Part shown: positions 39,605 to 54,512 of the stretch, piece by piece
Layout: each line of letters starts with the position of its first letter
How positions within the stretch are numbered: position 1 is the first letter of the stretch
From: the human T2T-CHM13v2.0 reference genome, Homo sapiens
Reading direction: 5' to 3' (one strand)
DNA length: 64,000 nt
NCBI RefSeq assembly: GCF_009914755.1
Contig: NC_060925.1
The notes under the pieces: model-generated
Database searches by the model: none
Seen by the model: only the letters and a program-made list of their open reading frames with translations
Told to the model about the DNA's origin: nothing
Translations under genes and position numbers: made by a program

Positions 39605-39928
39605 ATGACTTTCAGAAATTTGGTGCTGAAGTGAGAGCAGTGAAGGATCATCCCAGCTTTAAAAGCAGTGTAGGCTGAGTTACAGAATTATCTAGTCTTC
39701 TCCAAAGGTCCACCAGGTGTTGATATTTGTATTATGGCAGTATCTGTATGTAAATTTACCATGTTTTTTTAAGTATTGCTGAATTTTATAAAATATATAT
39801 CACATTCATAAAATCTCTTAAAAATCAACATCCATCTTTTCAATAAATTTAGCAAGAGATTGTATTAGTATGTCTTGTAATAGTAGATCATCAAATGGAG
39901 GATTTGTAAACTCTGGATATAAAACAGT

Positions 39929-41012
<1,084 letters not shown>

Positions 41013-43869
41013 ATAGAACTTATAAGATTTAATTTGTGAAAAGTATGTATTAATAATAATGTAGTAGTGTCTTGGTACGTAATGCTAGGTTAAATAAGCA
41101 GGATTTTAAAATAAATTTATGTAAAATGATCAAAACTATATTTTAAAAAATCTTTTCATATTCAAAAATACAAAACAGCAATACCAAAATGCCAGCAATG
41201 TATTTCTTATAATTTAGGTAATAGTACCATTTGTGTATTTGCATGTTCTATTTTTCTCCTTTCCCCCTAAATTTTCTTTAATGAGCTTGCTTTTCTTAAA
41301 CAATTCTTTAAATAAAAAATAAGTTCTTGTCAACTGTGTCCAGATACATTATCTACTGCCTAATTCAAATCAAATAAAACAAATTTATGGAGCCTGAAGT
41401 TCCCCAGTCTCAGATCAGAGCAATGACATCTTTATGTTTTTTTTTTTTAGTACTTCCAGATCAATCAAGAGACAAGCAATTTTTAAATAAAGAAGAACCC
41501 CCTTGCCAAGAATCTTTAGATCAATGATCAGGAATATATGATATTTTATAGTTCAAATATGTATCAAACATTATGATGATGATAAATTTACTAGATATAT
41601 TCTTACAGCTATATTTGATTTTGGTTAATGTAAGCATTAACCAAACTCTCTTATCTTTGAATTAATTATAATTTACCAGAAAATCTGTTTTATGGTATAT
41701 AGAGAATAGTCCCAGCATCAATATTTTGATATGCCTGGAGCCTAGTAAATTCAGGCCTGAAAATAAGTGGTATATAGTTTGTCTCTCTTTCTCATTACTC
41801 TTTGGTTTCAGTTTTCATGGGGACTTGTGTTTGAGGGGCTAATTGTGACCATACAGGTCACTGGGAGACAGACGTTCTTTTGGGAAGAAAAACTATGAAG
41901 CTGAAAAGCAGAAAGCCTACTGTCTACCACTGTAATCAAGATAATCCACAAAGTACACTCAGTGGGAAGGGTAAAAATGCTTTAAAGGAAAAAAAGCCTA
42001 AACAAAACACATAGCATACTTTTCCAGCTGCACTAACACACCTATACTCATTAGCTGGGCTCAATTTAAGACTTTGAAAAACTAGTTATGGAAGAAGAAA
42101 CATTCAAGTGATTTGCTTTTTAAGGGTGAATACCTACAAAGCTGCAGAGAGGAAAATCTCATGGAAAATGTGAATTGATAATCACTTGTGTGCATCTAAA
42201 GGGCAGGGGAAGCCATATCCAATTGTAGAGATGTGTTAGCTGTTGGCCTCTCAAACTGTTTGCAGGCATACTGTGAGTACTGCTTTTTCCTATCAGTTTG
42301 ACACCTCAGCAGCTCAGAGCTGATAGGATTCTTCATCAATCACCTTGATCACAATGGCTATATGGACAGGGGATTTAAGAGAGCTGATCTACTCTGTCAC
42401 TTTGGGCTATGTGAAGAACATTGTTCTTTTTTTCTTTCTTTTCTTTAGGCCATCTCATCCATCAACCAAACTACACAACAATTGAGACCTAAAACTAAAA
42501 AACACATGTAATGACACTTGGTTAAATGATTGGGCACTGCTAAATCCACAAGGAATCAGACTAACCATTCAATTTGTTTTAAAGAATCAGCTCACCAGTG
42601 GTTAGATACTCATGTAAACAAATGGGTATTTGGTATCGTGCATCATGGAATTACAGTTTGATATTAAAGAGACTTCAAATATTCAGTGTCACAGGATAGG
42701 TTTTAACAATGAAATGAAAGTCTTTGAAACCTTTAAATAAATACTATGGTGAATAAACCAAAAATTACGTTCTTAAAAAAGAAGTGAATACAGAATGTAA
42801 ACAGCATGGCAAGTAAGTTTTCTAATGTGGTACAGATGCAGGAGTTTGTAGCCTATTGGTTCAAAATAAAATGTAAGCAGTGGGGAGGGATGGATGTGTC
42901 AGCCAGAGATGTAGTGACGTGGCCTGAGAAACACGAGTAACATAGTTTCAGCAGTCCATAGGGACAGCAGGGGAGTCTCTGAAGGCTCTAACACCTTGGA
43001 GGTCACATCTCCTTCTGAATTTAAAGGTGCCTTATTTTGTCTTTTACACCATTGAATATGATTAAACTCCCGCTGTTGTGCTAAATTTCCAAGATTGTAA
43101 AAAGTCAGGGGAATTAAAAAGGTCACTGCAATATTTCATTTCACTAGCAAATCCGTGGAATAATGTTATAGGAGGACACAAGAAATTACTCAAAAAGAGA
43201 ACCTGTATCCAAATTCTGGAAAATCGGAGTGGGGAACCTAGGTAGGAAAGAGATGACTTTTTCAAGTGTATAAGCACAAAACTGGACTCCTTACCATTTG
43301 GTATCTTCAGTCAAGAAAATTGGGGTGCCATTTTAATAGCAAAAAGAGGCTAGATTCTGGTCACTTAATGTGAAGAACTGTCAGGAGTTAGTTGCAATTT
43401 CCATCTTTCTGTGAACATCTGAAGTTGTTCATCAAATTAGAAATACTGATTCCACACCTTAGTACCATAAAATAACTAAATAATGTAAACCTTCCTATTT
43501 TAGCATAATACTACTGGTTTATAAAACTAGAAGTAAAATTTTAAATGTAAATAGAAAATTAAGAAATAGTGAATTCAACAAAGACAGAACAGGGGACACC
43601 ATAAGAAATAACATGTAAAGGGAGTTGGCGGTACAATTCTTCTCTTAAGGAACTTGCAAGCCAACAGACCAACTACGTGCACAATAATCTATATGATCAT
43701 AAACCAGTGTGAATCGAGTACTGTTGGTAATCGCATGCAATACAGGATACATGCTTCCCATATAAAAAGCCGTTGGTATTGGCCATTGGCCATTACACTA
43801 TGTAAATAAACATAAGCTATTGTTTGACAAAATTGATAGGTACTTTTATAGTTATGAAAAATCAGAGTT

Positions 43870-44360
43870 GTGTGCTGCCTTTGGTTTTCCTGAGGCAAGG
43901 ACTTGGTTGTAGGTAGTTTAGGCAGGAAGTGATCCTAGGAAGCATTAGCGAGGGAGCAAGGAGAGCAGGTCAGGAGAAGTGGAAAAGCCAATCAAGCTCC
44001 ATCATTAGCAATCCCTGTGGGCAACTGGGGCTCACTCCATCCCACGGAGGACCCTCTAAGGAACCACGCAAAATGTGCCTCAGAATTGTGCCCCACAATT
44101 GTGCCTCCCAAAGATGGAAATCTGGGGCATTTGTCCAGAGACTCTTGTCCACCCAAAGTTGCAAGTTTTCCTGGGAAGTGATAACTCTTCTGCACTTCTA
44201 AGCTGTGCTTGCACATACTTTCAGCAGATTTTGAAGAAGAAAACTCTAGAGCAGAAAAGAAGAGGGAGCCTGCAGCAGAGACGGGGGTCATGTGTGGGGA
44301 ATGATCACTTCAGCCACTGTGAAGTCAGGTAGGCTGAGCGATGTGCAGCCAGGCACAGGT
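43870..44360 (-). mobile_element. LTR16-like ERVL LTR remnant
   Basis: CCTGAGGCAAGGACTTG...GTAGTTTA...GATCCTAGGAAGCA...CTGTGGGCAACTGGGGCTCA. Confidence 0.55.
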
Positions 44361-44569
44361 AAGTCCCTGAATTATTTTCTGATCTATTTGTATGTTCATA
44401 TGCTCACCCGTTCCTCCTTGGACCCATGACCTTCATTAAAGAGAAGGCAGATTTGTCCAAATGCAAGGAATAGAAAACTCGGAAGTCCACTGGACTATTC
44501 AGGATTTAGATCATAATTGTGACCTTACTATCTAACCAGCTGACTTAACTGGTATGTAGCTATAGGTTA

Positions 44570-44742
44570 TTTTTAACAGATGTACTGAGGTATAATTGAC
44601 TACAATAAATTGTGCATATTTACAGTGTATAATTTGATACGTTTTGACACAAACACACATATATATGCATATGAATAAGCATATACATATATATACTCCC
44701 TGAATCATCACCACAATCAAGTTAATGAATGTATCCATCATT
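44570..44742 (-). mobile_element. L1MB/MC 3' end fragment
   Basis: TGAGGTATAATTGACTACAATAAATTGTGCATATTT...CATCACCACAATCAAG. Confidence 0.75.
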
Positions 44743-44909
44743 TTCAGTTTGCATATTGTTTTGAGATGTTATAATCAATTACTTTCCATTACTATTATTT
44801 TCATAATAATAACTGTTATTATTATTATTAGGGAGTGATGATTAGGCAGATGAAATGACTATTAACTTTCTTTCCCAGCAAAACTTCATTTCATTCCCAC
44901 TTGCTTATG

Positions 44910-45135
44910 AATGGAAAAGATCATATGGACTTGGGCATCAGGTAGACCTGGTTTGAATGCTAGTTATTCCTCTCAATTACTAGTTGTGTGGCCTAGGGCC
45001 AGCCACTTAAACATGCCTTGTTTCTATATATTCAAAACATGGATTATGAGGCCTCTCCTACAGTGTTGTGAGGATTAGAGCTGAATGTCAAGCATCTAGA
45101 GCTGCATACAGCACATAGTAGATGTTCAGTAATAA
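44910..45135 (+). mobile_element. MIR
   Basis: AGACCTGGTTTGAATGCTAG...TGTGTGGCCTAGGGC...GTTGTGAGGATTAGA...GCACATAGTAGATGTTCAGTAA. Confidence 0.75.
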
Positions 45136-45527
45136 ATTCTGTTTTTCTACCTCATGGTTACTGCAAGGTTTGAAATGCTTACTATTGGGAAGTTATTCAA
45201 TTTAAAATTTAATCGTGTAATTGTTTGAACTCTTTAAGGAAAGAAAAATATTTCAGAGCTCTAATAATGAACCATTTCGTTTCATGATAATGTTCCCTTC
45301 TCTTCTCCCTTAGCATGCACTAGGCCAGTAATATACTACCAACTGATCAACTGTACCAACAATGCTATTGTCAGGGGCCAAGGAAACCGTTACAATCCTT
45401 TTTTGTTAGAGTGACAAAGGCCCAACTTACATTAACATGACCTCTGAGGGCATGGTCTGACTCATTATAACTGTATTTGTCATTTGACAAGGTACTTTAC
45501 AGAGGTATTTTTGTATGTAAAATATAG

Positions 45528-45698
45528 CAGTGGTTACCAAACTTGGAATCAGATTCATTTGGGACCTTTTAAAAACACAGATTTCTGGACTTCTATGTAG
45601 GCCAATTGAATCAATTCCACTTGCTAGGATCCAGCAACCAGTATTTGTAAGAAGTTCCCCAGAAGCTTCAAATACACTAGAATGTGAAAAAAATAGTA
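45528..45698. mobile_element. MER5A-like hAT MITE
   Basis: CAGTGGTTACCAAACTTGG...TTAAAAACACAGATTTCTGG...AAGTTCCCCAG. Confidence 0.6.
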
Positions 45699-45826
45699 CT
45701 AGAGGAGTGTCACACTGGTTGTCACAACCACAGAGAAAGCTTATGGAATACTAGAATGTGCACAGTCTGTTTTTTTTTTAATATACAAATGTGTTTATAA
45801 TTCTTTCTGTAATGTAGAAAATGGAG

Positions 45827-46243
45827 TGCACTAGTCTGTTCTCACACTCTATAAAGAAATACCTGATACTGGGTGATTCATAAAGAGAAAAGGTTTAATT
45901 GGTTCACGGTCTGCAGGCTGTACAGGAAGTATGGCAGCATCTGCTTCTGGAGAGGCCTCAGGGAGCTTTTGCTCATGGAGGAAAGCAAAACGGGAGCAGG
46001 CACATCTCACATGGCTGGAGCAGGAGGAAGAGAGAGATAGGGGAGGTGCCACATACTTATAAACAGCCAGATCTCTTGAGAACTCACTCACTCTCATGAG
46101 AACAGCACCAAAGGGGATAGTGATAACCATTCATGAGAAACTGCCCTCATGATCCAATCACCCCCTCACTAGACCCCACCTTCAGCACTAAGGATTACAA
46201 TTTGACATGAGATTCAGGCAGGGACACAGATCCAACCGTGTCA
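45827..46243 (-). mobile_element. MSTA-like MaLR solo LTR
   Basis: TG...CA termini; CTGCAGGCTGTACAGGAAGTATGGC; perfect 5-bp TSD TGGAG (45822-45826, 46244-46248). Confidence 0.9.
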
Positions 46244-47013
46244 TGGAGAAATAATGTTTAAGCAACCCTTTTGACTGTGGTTTAAAGTCAGCCTTGTCTG
46301 CCCTAACGCTGGCAGATGCAACACCTACGGATTTGGAAGATGTTACCGGGAAAGCACAAACTGCTAACAAAAAAAACATTAATTTTCTTTCCTGTAATTT
46401 GGGCTCCTATTGAAAGCTAATATAATTGTGAGACCAAGCTTTGTTTAATATCAACAGATGAGCTTTCTAAATGTTTCAGTTTGATCTTTGTCTAAGTATT
46501 CAAGGATTTAGTGGTCTTCTTTAGTTTATCCAATCCATTTTAACATCTACCTAGTCCACATCTTAGGCAGGTCCAGCAGGATGTATATAACATAACCAGA
46601 TTGTTTCTACCATAAACATGCATTGGGTAAAGATGAAAAAGGACTATTAGACATTAAACCACTCAAACCTAAATACATAGGAAAGAAGATATAGGTAGGT
46701 AACTAACACCTTTCAGATTGCAAAACTAAATTCTTTCAGACTCAAATAACCTTCTTGGCATTTGTGTTAACTGGATGTGTAGATTAAATTGTTTGTTTAG
46801 TAGAGAAGTCATTTGTCTTGCAAGTCTGCCTCCCTAGGTAAATAAATAGAGAGACTGTTGAGGGCAGGGACTTATTTCTCTTTGTAGCCCAAATATCTAG
46901 CATGCTTAACACATACTATATGTTCATTAGATGACCTAATGAATTAATTCATTTATTATTAAGCATTTAGGAAAATGAATCTTAATCTTATAATCAAACT
47001 CATATATGTATTA

Positions 47014-47320
<307 letters not shown>

Positions 47321-47399
47321 GAGACAGCCTCATAAATCTGCAATGTTAATTTACCTCTGGTGATTTTCTGCCTTCAGTTTCATCCCTCTGCAAACCTTC

Positions 47400-47960
47400 T
47401 TCAGTCTGCCACCGGAATAATTTCCCTAAAACTGAAATCTAATCAATGATCCTGCTTAACACCCTTCAAAGCTGTTGCTCCCAAGGTAAAATAAAAAATA
47501 AAAATAAAAAATAAAATAAAAAATACCTCCTTGACCTGAAATACCAGGACAACATCATTCAGTGACATTTTTCACATCTAGCCTCTTGGAATCTCAGCTA
47601 GGGTCTTAGCAAACCATCCACCTTCTCCTGTTCTCCCAGGCCTCCTGTCCTTATCTATTCTGCTTTCTCTCTACTCAAGTGTCTTGGTCCCTCGAGACTC
47701 AGCACAGTTATTGCTGTTTCTCAGAGGCTTTCCCTGATTATCTGGCCTGAGTCCCAAGCCACTTTGTGTGGTCCTCCTGGGCACCCCGTCCACTGTTATC
47801 ACACTTTCTGCAGTGCATTGTACATGTTGTTTTGGTTACTCTCTCCAGGAGTTAACATGATGGGCTGCTGGAGAGCAGAAATGATGACTTATTTCTGTGT
47901 CTTCAGTGACTATCATAGAGCCAGGCACTTACCAGATTGTCACAAAGCTCAATATTTACT
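47400..47960 (+). mobile_element. L2 fragments with (TAAAAA)n run at 47488-47523
   Basis: CCTGCTTAACACCCTTCAA, AGGCTTTCCCTGA, CATAGAGCCAGGCAC...GCTCAATATTTACTG. Confidence 0.5.
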
Positions 47961-47996
47961 GGGGGCTTATATGCAACATGACAGGGAGAGCTACTA

Positions 47997-48110
47997 ATAT
48001 TTCTTGAATGCTTATGCACTGTGTTAGATACTTTACATAAATTATAGTTTAATACTCAGAATAACTATGAGATAGATAAGGGTATCCCCATTTTAGAGAT
48101 GATAAAAATT
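47997..48110 (-). mobile_element. MIR remnant (hosts the 81-bp duplication)
   Basis: GCACTGTGTTAGATACTTTACATA...TATCCCCATTTTAGAGATGA. Confidence 0.65.
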
Positions 48111-48263
48111 AGTCTTATATTAAAAGAGGAGTATCCCATGTATCATGTGGAATTCCCACCTGGATATAGGTAATCATTAATCTAATACTCAGAATAACTA
48201 TGAGATAGATAAGGGTATCCCCATTTTAGAGATGATAAAAATTAGTCTTATATTAAAAGAGGA
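48050..48263 (+). repeat. Identical 81-bp direct duplication flanking a 52-bp insert copied from ~49384-49435
   Basis: 48050-48130 = 48183-48263; 48130-48186 matches 49383-49439 at 53/57. Confidence 0.95.
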
Positions 48264-48499
48264 ATTACATGATTTCTAGGCATGTTGATATTTTAAGATC
48301 CTGGCCTTAGATCTGAAAAAATAAAAATGACAATTGAAAAATTTTTGCTAAAGAAATCAAACTTATTCAGATAGTTTTTTAAAAAAAGTAAATCAGAAGT
48401 TGCTTCTGAATTTAATTTGTGGCATAAATCTAGAGAAAATGCAGAATAATTTTCGTATTCAAATCAAAACCATCGTATTGGGAGTTAATATTTTAAAGC

Positions 48500-48634
48500 T
48501 TTTTTTTTTTTTTTTGGTAGACATGAGGTCTCGCTATATTGCCCAGGCTGGTTTCCAGCTCCTGGCTCAAGTGATCCTCCTGCCTTGGTCTCTCAAAGCG
48601 CTAGGATTATAGGCATGAGCCACTGCACCTGGCC
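48500..48634 (-). mobile_element. Alu left monomer (FLAM/AluJ-like)
   Basis: Poly-T, then GGTCTCGCTATATTGCCCAGGCTGG...GAGCCACTGCACCTGGCC. Confidence 0.88.
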
Positions 48635-48644
48635 TCAAGTCTCT

Positions 48645-48905
48645 TTTTCAAATTAAACTTTTAATTTTGAGATAATTTTAGATTCACGTGCTGTTGTAAG
48701 AATCAATATACGAGGATCTCATGAACACTTTCTCTTTCCAGTGTTCTTCAGTGGTAATATTTTACAAAACTATAGTACAATATCATAAGTGTGCTGACAT
48801 TGATACAGTCAAGACACAGAACACTTCATCACCACATGAATCCCTAATATTATCCCTTGAACAGCCACATCCATGTTCCTCTGACCCCAGCCCCTCCTTA
48901 ACCTT
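48645..48905 (-). mobile_element. L1MC-type 3' end fragment
   Basis: TTTTGAGATAATT...AAACTATAGTACAATATCA...GACATTGATACAGTCAAGACACAGAACA. Confidence 0.75.
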
Positions 48906-48957
48906 TAGTGCTCCCTTAAGCACGAATCAAACATGAAGTCTTCATAATGATAATTCT

Positions 48958-49250
48958 GGCCATGCACAGTGGCTCACACCTGTAATCCCAGCACTTTTGG
49001 CTGAGGTGGGTGGATTCCTTGAGCTCAGGAGTTCAAGATCAGCCTAGACAATATGGTGAAACCTCATCTCTATAAAAAATACAAAAATTAGCTGGGTGTG
49101 GTGGCATGAGTCCCAGCTACATGGGAGGCTAAGGTGGGAGGATGGCTTGAACTCAGGAGGCGGAGGCTGCAGTGAGCCAAGATCGTGTCACTGCACTCCA
49201 GCCTGGGCTACAGAGCCAGACCCTGTCTCAAAAATAATAATAATAATAAT
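48958..49250 (+). mobile_element. AluJ with (AAT)n tail
   Basis: Dimer with GGAGGATGGCTTGAACTCAGG and GACCCTGTCTC; AAT-repeat tail. Confidence 0.92.
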
Positions 49251-51797
49251 AATTCCGAGTGTCCATCCTCTGTCCTTTGTACGTCTTTCTTCTGAGTTAA
49301 ACTTCTGTTCTCTCCTTAGCAGTTGAGTGGTCATGATTTTAAATTTACCCATGCCATTGTAAAAATATTACCAATTCCACATAGTAACCCATGTATCCTG
49401 TGGAATTCCCACCTGGATATAGCTAATCATTAGTCTAATCTGTACAAGCTAGATAACATACCATAGTTGTTTACTTACCTAAGACTATACCAGAGCTTTA
49501 GGCTGTGATCAACATATATAAAATCTTTCAGTACAGTTTCTAAATATTTTTTAAAATGTGTTTGTGTAGAACAGAAAGACAGCTTGGGAGTTCAGCTATT
49601 TGGGCATCTTGAAGAATGATCTTTTCTCCAATTATTGCTTGAGCCTGCTGAATTCATGAGTGTGCTGAATGATGGCTTAATGGCTTGAACTGCTCTTAAT
49701 ACAAGGTAGTGTTGGTATTTACCATCATATAATTTACTGCCATACAACAGATGACTTTAACACAGTTCCTTTTTTTTGGCCCTCGGCAAAACTTAATGAA
49801 TAAATGGGAAAATGTTGTAGCTTACAAGCCTTTGAGTTAAGGGCATCCGAGTTAGAAGGACATACTGAAAGCTCTGGCATCTATCTCAGTACACTGAAAA
49901 CTGAAGGAAATGGAAACTTTGCTAGGTTCTAGGTATGCACGTTCTGAATCACTGTAAACCCTATGGTTCATACTACTGTGTTGCAGCTCACTAAGACAAA
50001 ATGTAGACCTGAGAGCCTCGTTAGAATTTTCTTTCCATGGTAGGAGGATGGATTACTAAGGCTGCTGGCTAGCATTCTGATTTAAGGCAGAGATGAACAT
50101 TAACATTCAAGTCTCTTAAAGTCTTTCCTAAATTTCTACATCATAAAATCAGAATAATCTGTGTACAGGCTTTGTATTTATAACTTGAATATTAAGTAGC
50201 ATCTTGCCTTTTTCTTAGTACTGTCTCTTCATTGGTTACTTGAGTGGCCCTTATTAAGTAGAAGCTGGACCATTACCACTGCCCCCAACACCCACTCCCC
50301 TCAAATTCCCTTCCTGTGTGGCTAGAAGATTCAACATTTGTGATTGAAGAGAGCCAAACCAAGGAATAGAACCAAAGCATTCAGCTTGAAGGATTGAACT
50401 ATCTATCTGAATTATCTGTCTACTGATAGAGCAGGCAATGGAGGGGAAATACTGTATATTTGAAGGCATTTATAGTAAATATTTTACTTGTTTCTATTAA
50501 AAATAGTGTTTTGTGGGGATGTATATGCTGAAGGTTATTCATTTTGTCTTGAAAAAGAAATTTTCATTATTACATAAAGTGAAACAGTAGATAGAAGAAA
50601 GTAGAAACATAACAGCAATCATTATAAATGTTTATAGACATAACTAAAGCCTTATCTAAAGTTCATCCTGTTTAAGGACATGTTTTATGTTGTACAATTC
50701 CTCTTAGAATATCAATCTAATAAGCACCAAATGAGGCTGAAGACAATGCTGTTATAAAAAATGGAGAAAAATGATTAAAATATGATAATTATACTGACAG
50801 CTTATATGCTCAATCTAATCAACTAAGCTTCCAATTTGTCATAATGTACACTCACTCATACATTATTGCTTAATTACAGCAACACTTCTATTTGGAAAGG
50901 TTGTCAATCATGTGAATATCCATCATTTTTCTTTTTTTTTCTATGAAGGGGCATATTTTAAGCAAGGATTTGAAGCCTTTGTGCTATTGATTTAACCCTT
51001 GCAATACTTTTTATGCAAAAACCATAGTTCTTATTGAATGTTTTCTTTTGTACACAGATTTAGACAAGTTGATACTATGGAACATTATTCTTTTATATAA
51101 GAATTAATATACAGTATTCTAAAATGAAATTAAATATTGGCAGAATTCTGTGATTTTATAGTTATTAAGATATCTATGTGGTTGTATTAAAAGACAAAAG
51201 ACACCTTTTTAAAAAGAAACAGAAATTTGCCTGGAGTATTTCCCCATTTGCCTGTGATCCATATTGATCAAGAAGCATAAGAGAAATGACAACGAGGGTG
51301 AAATTTAAATAGCTCTTTTATAAAGGACATGAGTGCTTATGGAAACAGACTCTACCCTTAGTAGATTTACGCTTTATCTTACCTTTTACTTCATTTCCTC
51401 TGGCTCCATCATTTTTCTTCCAGTTTGTAAAAATGCTTAACACATTGGCTAAAATGATCATATCAGTGCATCTGCCAGGGTCAGCTACTGAGAGTTTAGT
51501 AACTTCATCATGTAACCAAGTATACTCTAGCAAAGTCAAGTCATAAATTGAAACAAATATTCATATATTTAAAAGACTGAAGCTTTGTCTCAATTATCTT
51601 AAACATATCATTGACTGTATAATATATACATATGTACATGTGTATGTGCATCTTCTCTACATATAATATCCTATAGAATATATAGACTATAGCATATGTA
51701 GACTATAGTCTGTGTATGTATATATGACTATTTATGTATGTAGCATACTTTCAAGTTTTTAACCTAGATTATCTAATAGACCACTTTTTCAAGATGA

Positions 51798-52183
<386 letters not shown>

Positions 52184-52979
52184 TTTCATTATATTTTCTG
52201 TGATTCCACTCAACCACTAGAGTACACAAGTCCGTGGGACTGACAGAGAAGCGAGTGGTGGGGTGGGGAAAGAGAGAGAGAGACAGACTTTATTTCTCCT
52301 TCATTTCTTTAAACAATATCTTTGGAAAGTGTAAAATAATGAAGCAGGTGTTCAAATTTGCAAGTTCCATTATTCCTTAAAAGCTAGGTTTGTGATGATG
52401 AGATATGCTGATATATACAGTGGTGAACTTGGAGTATGAACCCAAGTTGCACTATATTTCTATCACTTTCATTGATTACTAACACTTAAGCAATTTATGT
52501 CAAGTGTTTTATTCTTTAAGACTTTAGATATAATTCAAGCTACAGCCAAGGGCCTAAGGGCATTTGTCACACACATCATTATTTTCAAGAAATTTATTTA
52601 AAACTTCATTACAAATGTTAAAATACAAAAATCTACAAGCACAATTAAAATTGAATAATAATAGCTTCATATCACTTGTATTTACAGTTTTGTTTTCAAC
52701 CCTCAACCAAGTTCCTCAAACTGGGGTCCAATATAGGTTTACACCATAGGTCAAGTTTCATGTCCAGGTGGTTTTATTTCTTAATTTGTAAAATATTTTA
52801 CTCTTTGTCTTTCTAAACTATAATTTCTTAACTAATAATAATCAATCATTGAAAATTGAAACACGTGACTATCAGATAGTCATGGATATTGCCATTAAAC
52901 TCAAATGGAAAAATTATGGAGTCATGTTTACTAGACAAGGTGAGTTGGTATCAGAACCTACATAAAGCCTGCTTGGAAG

Positions 52980-53345
52980 TGTTTCAGTTACCATTGCTGG
53001 GTAACAAACTATCCCAAAACTTAATGGCTTAAAACAAAAACCACTTAATTATATTGCATGGATTTTAGGGGTCAGGAATTCATGCAGCTCTCAGCCAGGC
53101 AATTCTTCTAGTCCGCATTGCATTGATGAAGGTCATTCAGTGGGACTTAGATGGTGGATGGGGCTCATCTGGAGTCAGCAATAGCTTCATGCACATACCT
53201 AGTGCCTTGGTACGGGTAGCTGGATGGCTGGGCACCACTGCAATTGCCAACCAGAGCACCCCATGTGGTGTCTCTAGCATGACAATCTTGAGGTGTTCAG
53301 ACAAGGCAGCTGGATTCTCCCAGAGCCAGTTTCTTAAGAGAACCA
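52980..53345 (-). mobile_element. MLT1 (F/H-like) partial LTR
   Basis: CAGTTACCATTGCTGGGTAACAAACTATCCCAAAACTTAATGGCTTAAAACAA...GGTCAGGAATTC. Confidence 0.7.
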
Positions 53346-53628
53346 CTGAATGTATTTATCGCTTATACTGTGGCCAGTTTTACAGAATTACTGGCTATGC
53401 TGTAATATGTGCCTGATTTTGCCACAAGGATGGATGGCTTTGTAATTTGGTCTTCTGATCTAATTTTTGCTGTAAATTTCAATGGTTTTGTACCAAAATA
53501 ACAAGGGCATTATTTTGAAGTTGGTCTGGAAAATTTCAATTTGTTTACCAGAGAGACCACTGGGTTTTGGGGAAGGGAGGAAGATGGGAGGAGAAAACTG
53601 TTATGTTTCATGCTATTATTTGACAACG

Positions 53629-53948
<320 letters not shown>

Positions 53949-54286
53949 TTGACAAGGTTTAAATGCATTTTCCATTGATCATTTGTACAACAAAGTCTAA
54001 TTTTATAAAATTCATCGCTATACATTTTTGTTAGGGGAACTGCTTAGGTAAAATCATGGTGATTACATATTCCCTTGTCCCAGCAAATAAATATTCTCAG
54101 TCAATTTTTATACTGGAGACTGATAACTATTTGTATTGTATTAGTCCTAGTTTTAGTATTTATGTACCATTTTTTGCTACTCTTTAGCATCCAAAAATCT
54201 ATTTTAAATTATGCATCTATTTTTTAAATATGCATCTATTTTTGTGGATTAAATATGTCCTCATCATTATAATTGCAATCATCATC

Positions 54287-54512
54287 AGCTAACCTTTATT
54301 GAAGGAATAATATGTGGCAGGCACTGTTCTTAGCTCTTTATTATGTATTATCTCATTTATCCTTCATAACAACTCTGAGATTATTATTCATTACTTATCA
54401 ACTGAGGAAATTGAGGCATGGAAGGATTAAGTCACTTGCCAGAACAATTTTCTGCTGCTAAACATTATAGAAACTCTGAAGCTGAGAGTCAAACCTGAGT
54501 TACCTGACTGCA
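54287..54512 (-). mobile_element. MIR
   Basis: GGCAGGCACTGTTCT...TATCTCATTTATCCTTCATAACAACTCTG...TGAGGAAATTGAGGC...TAAGTCACTTGCC. Confidence 0.8.
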
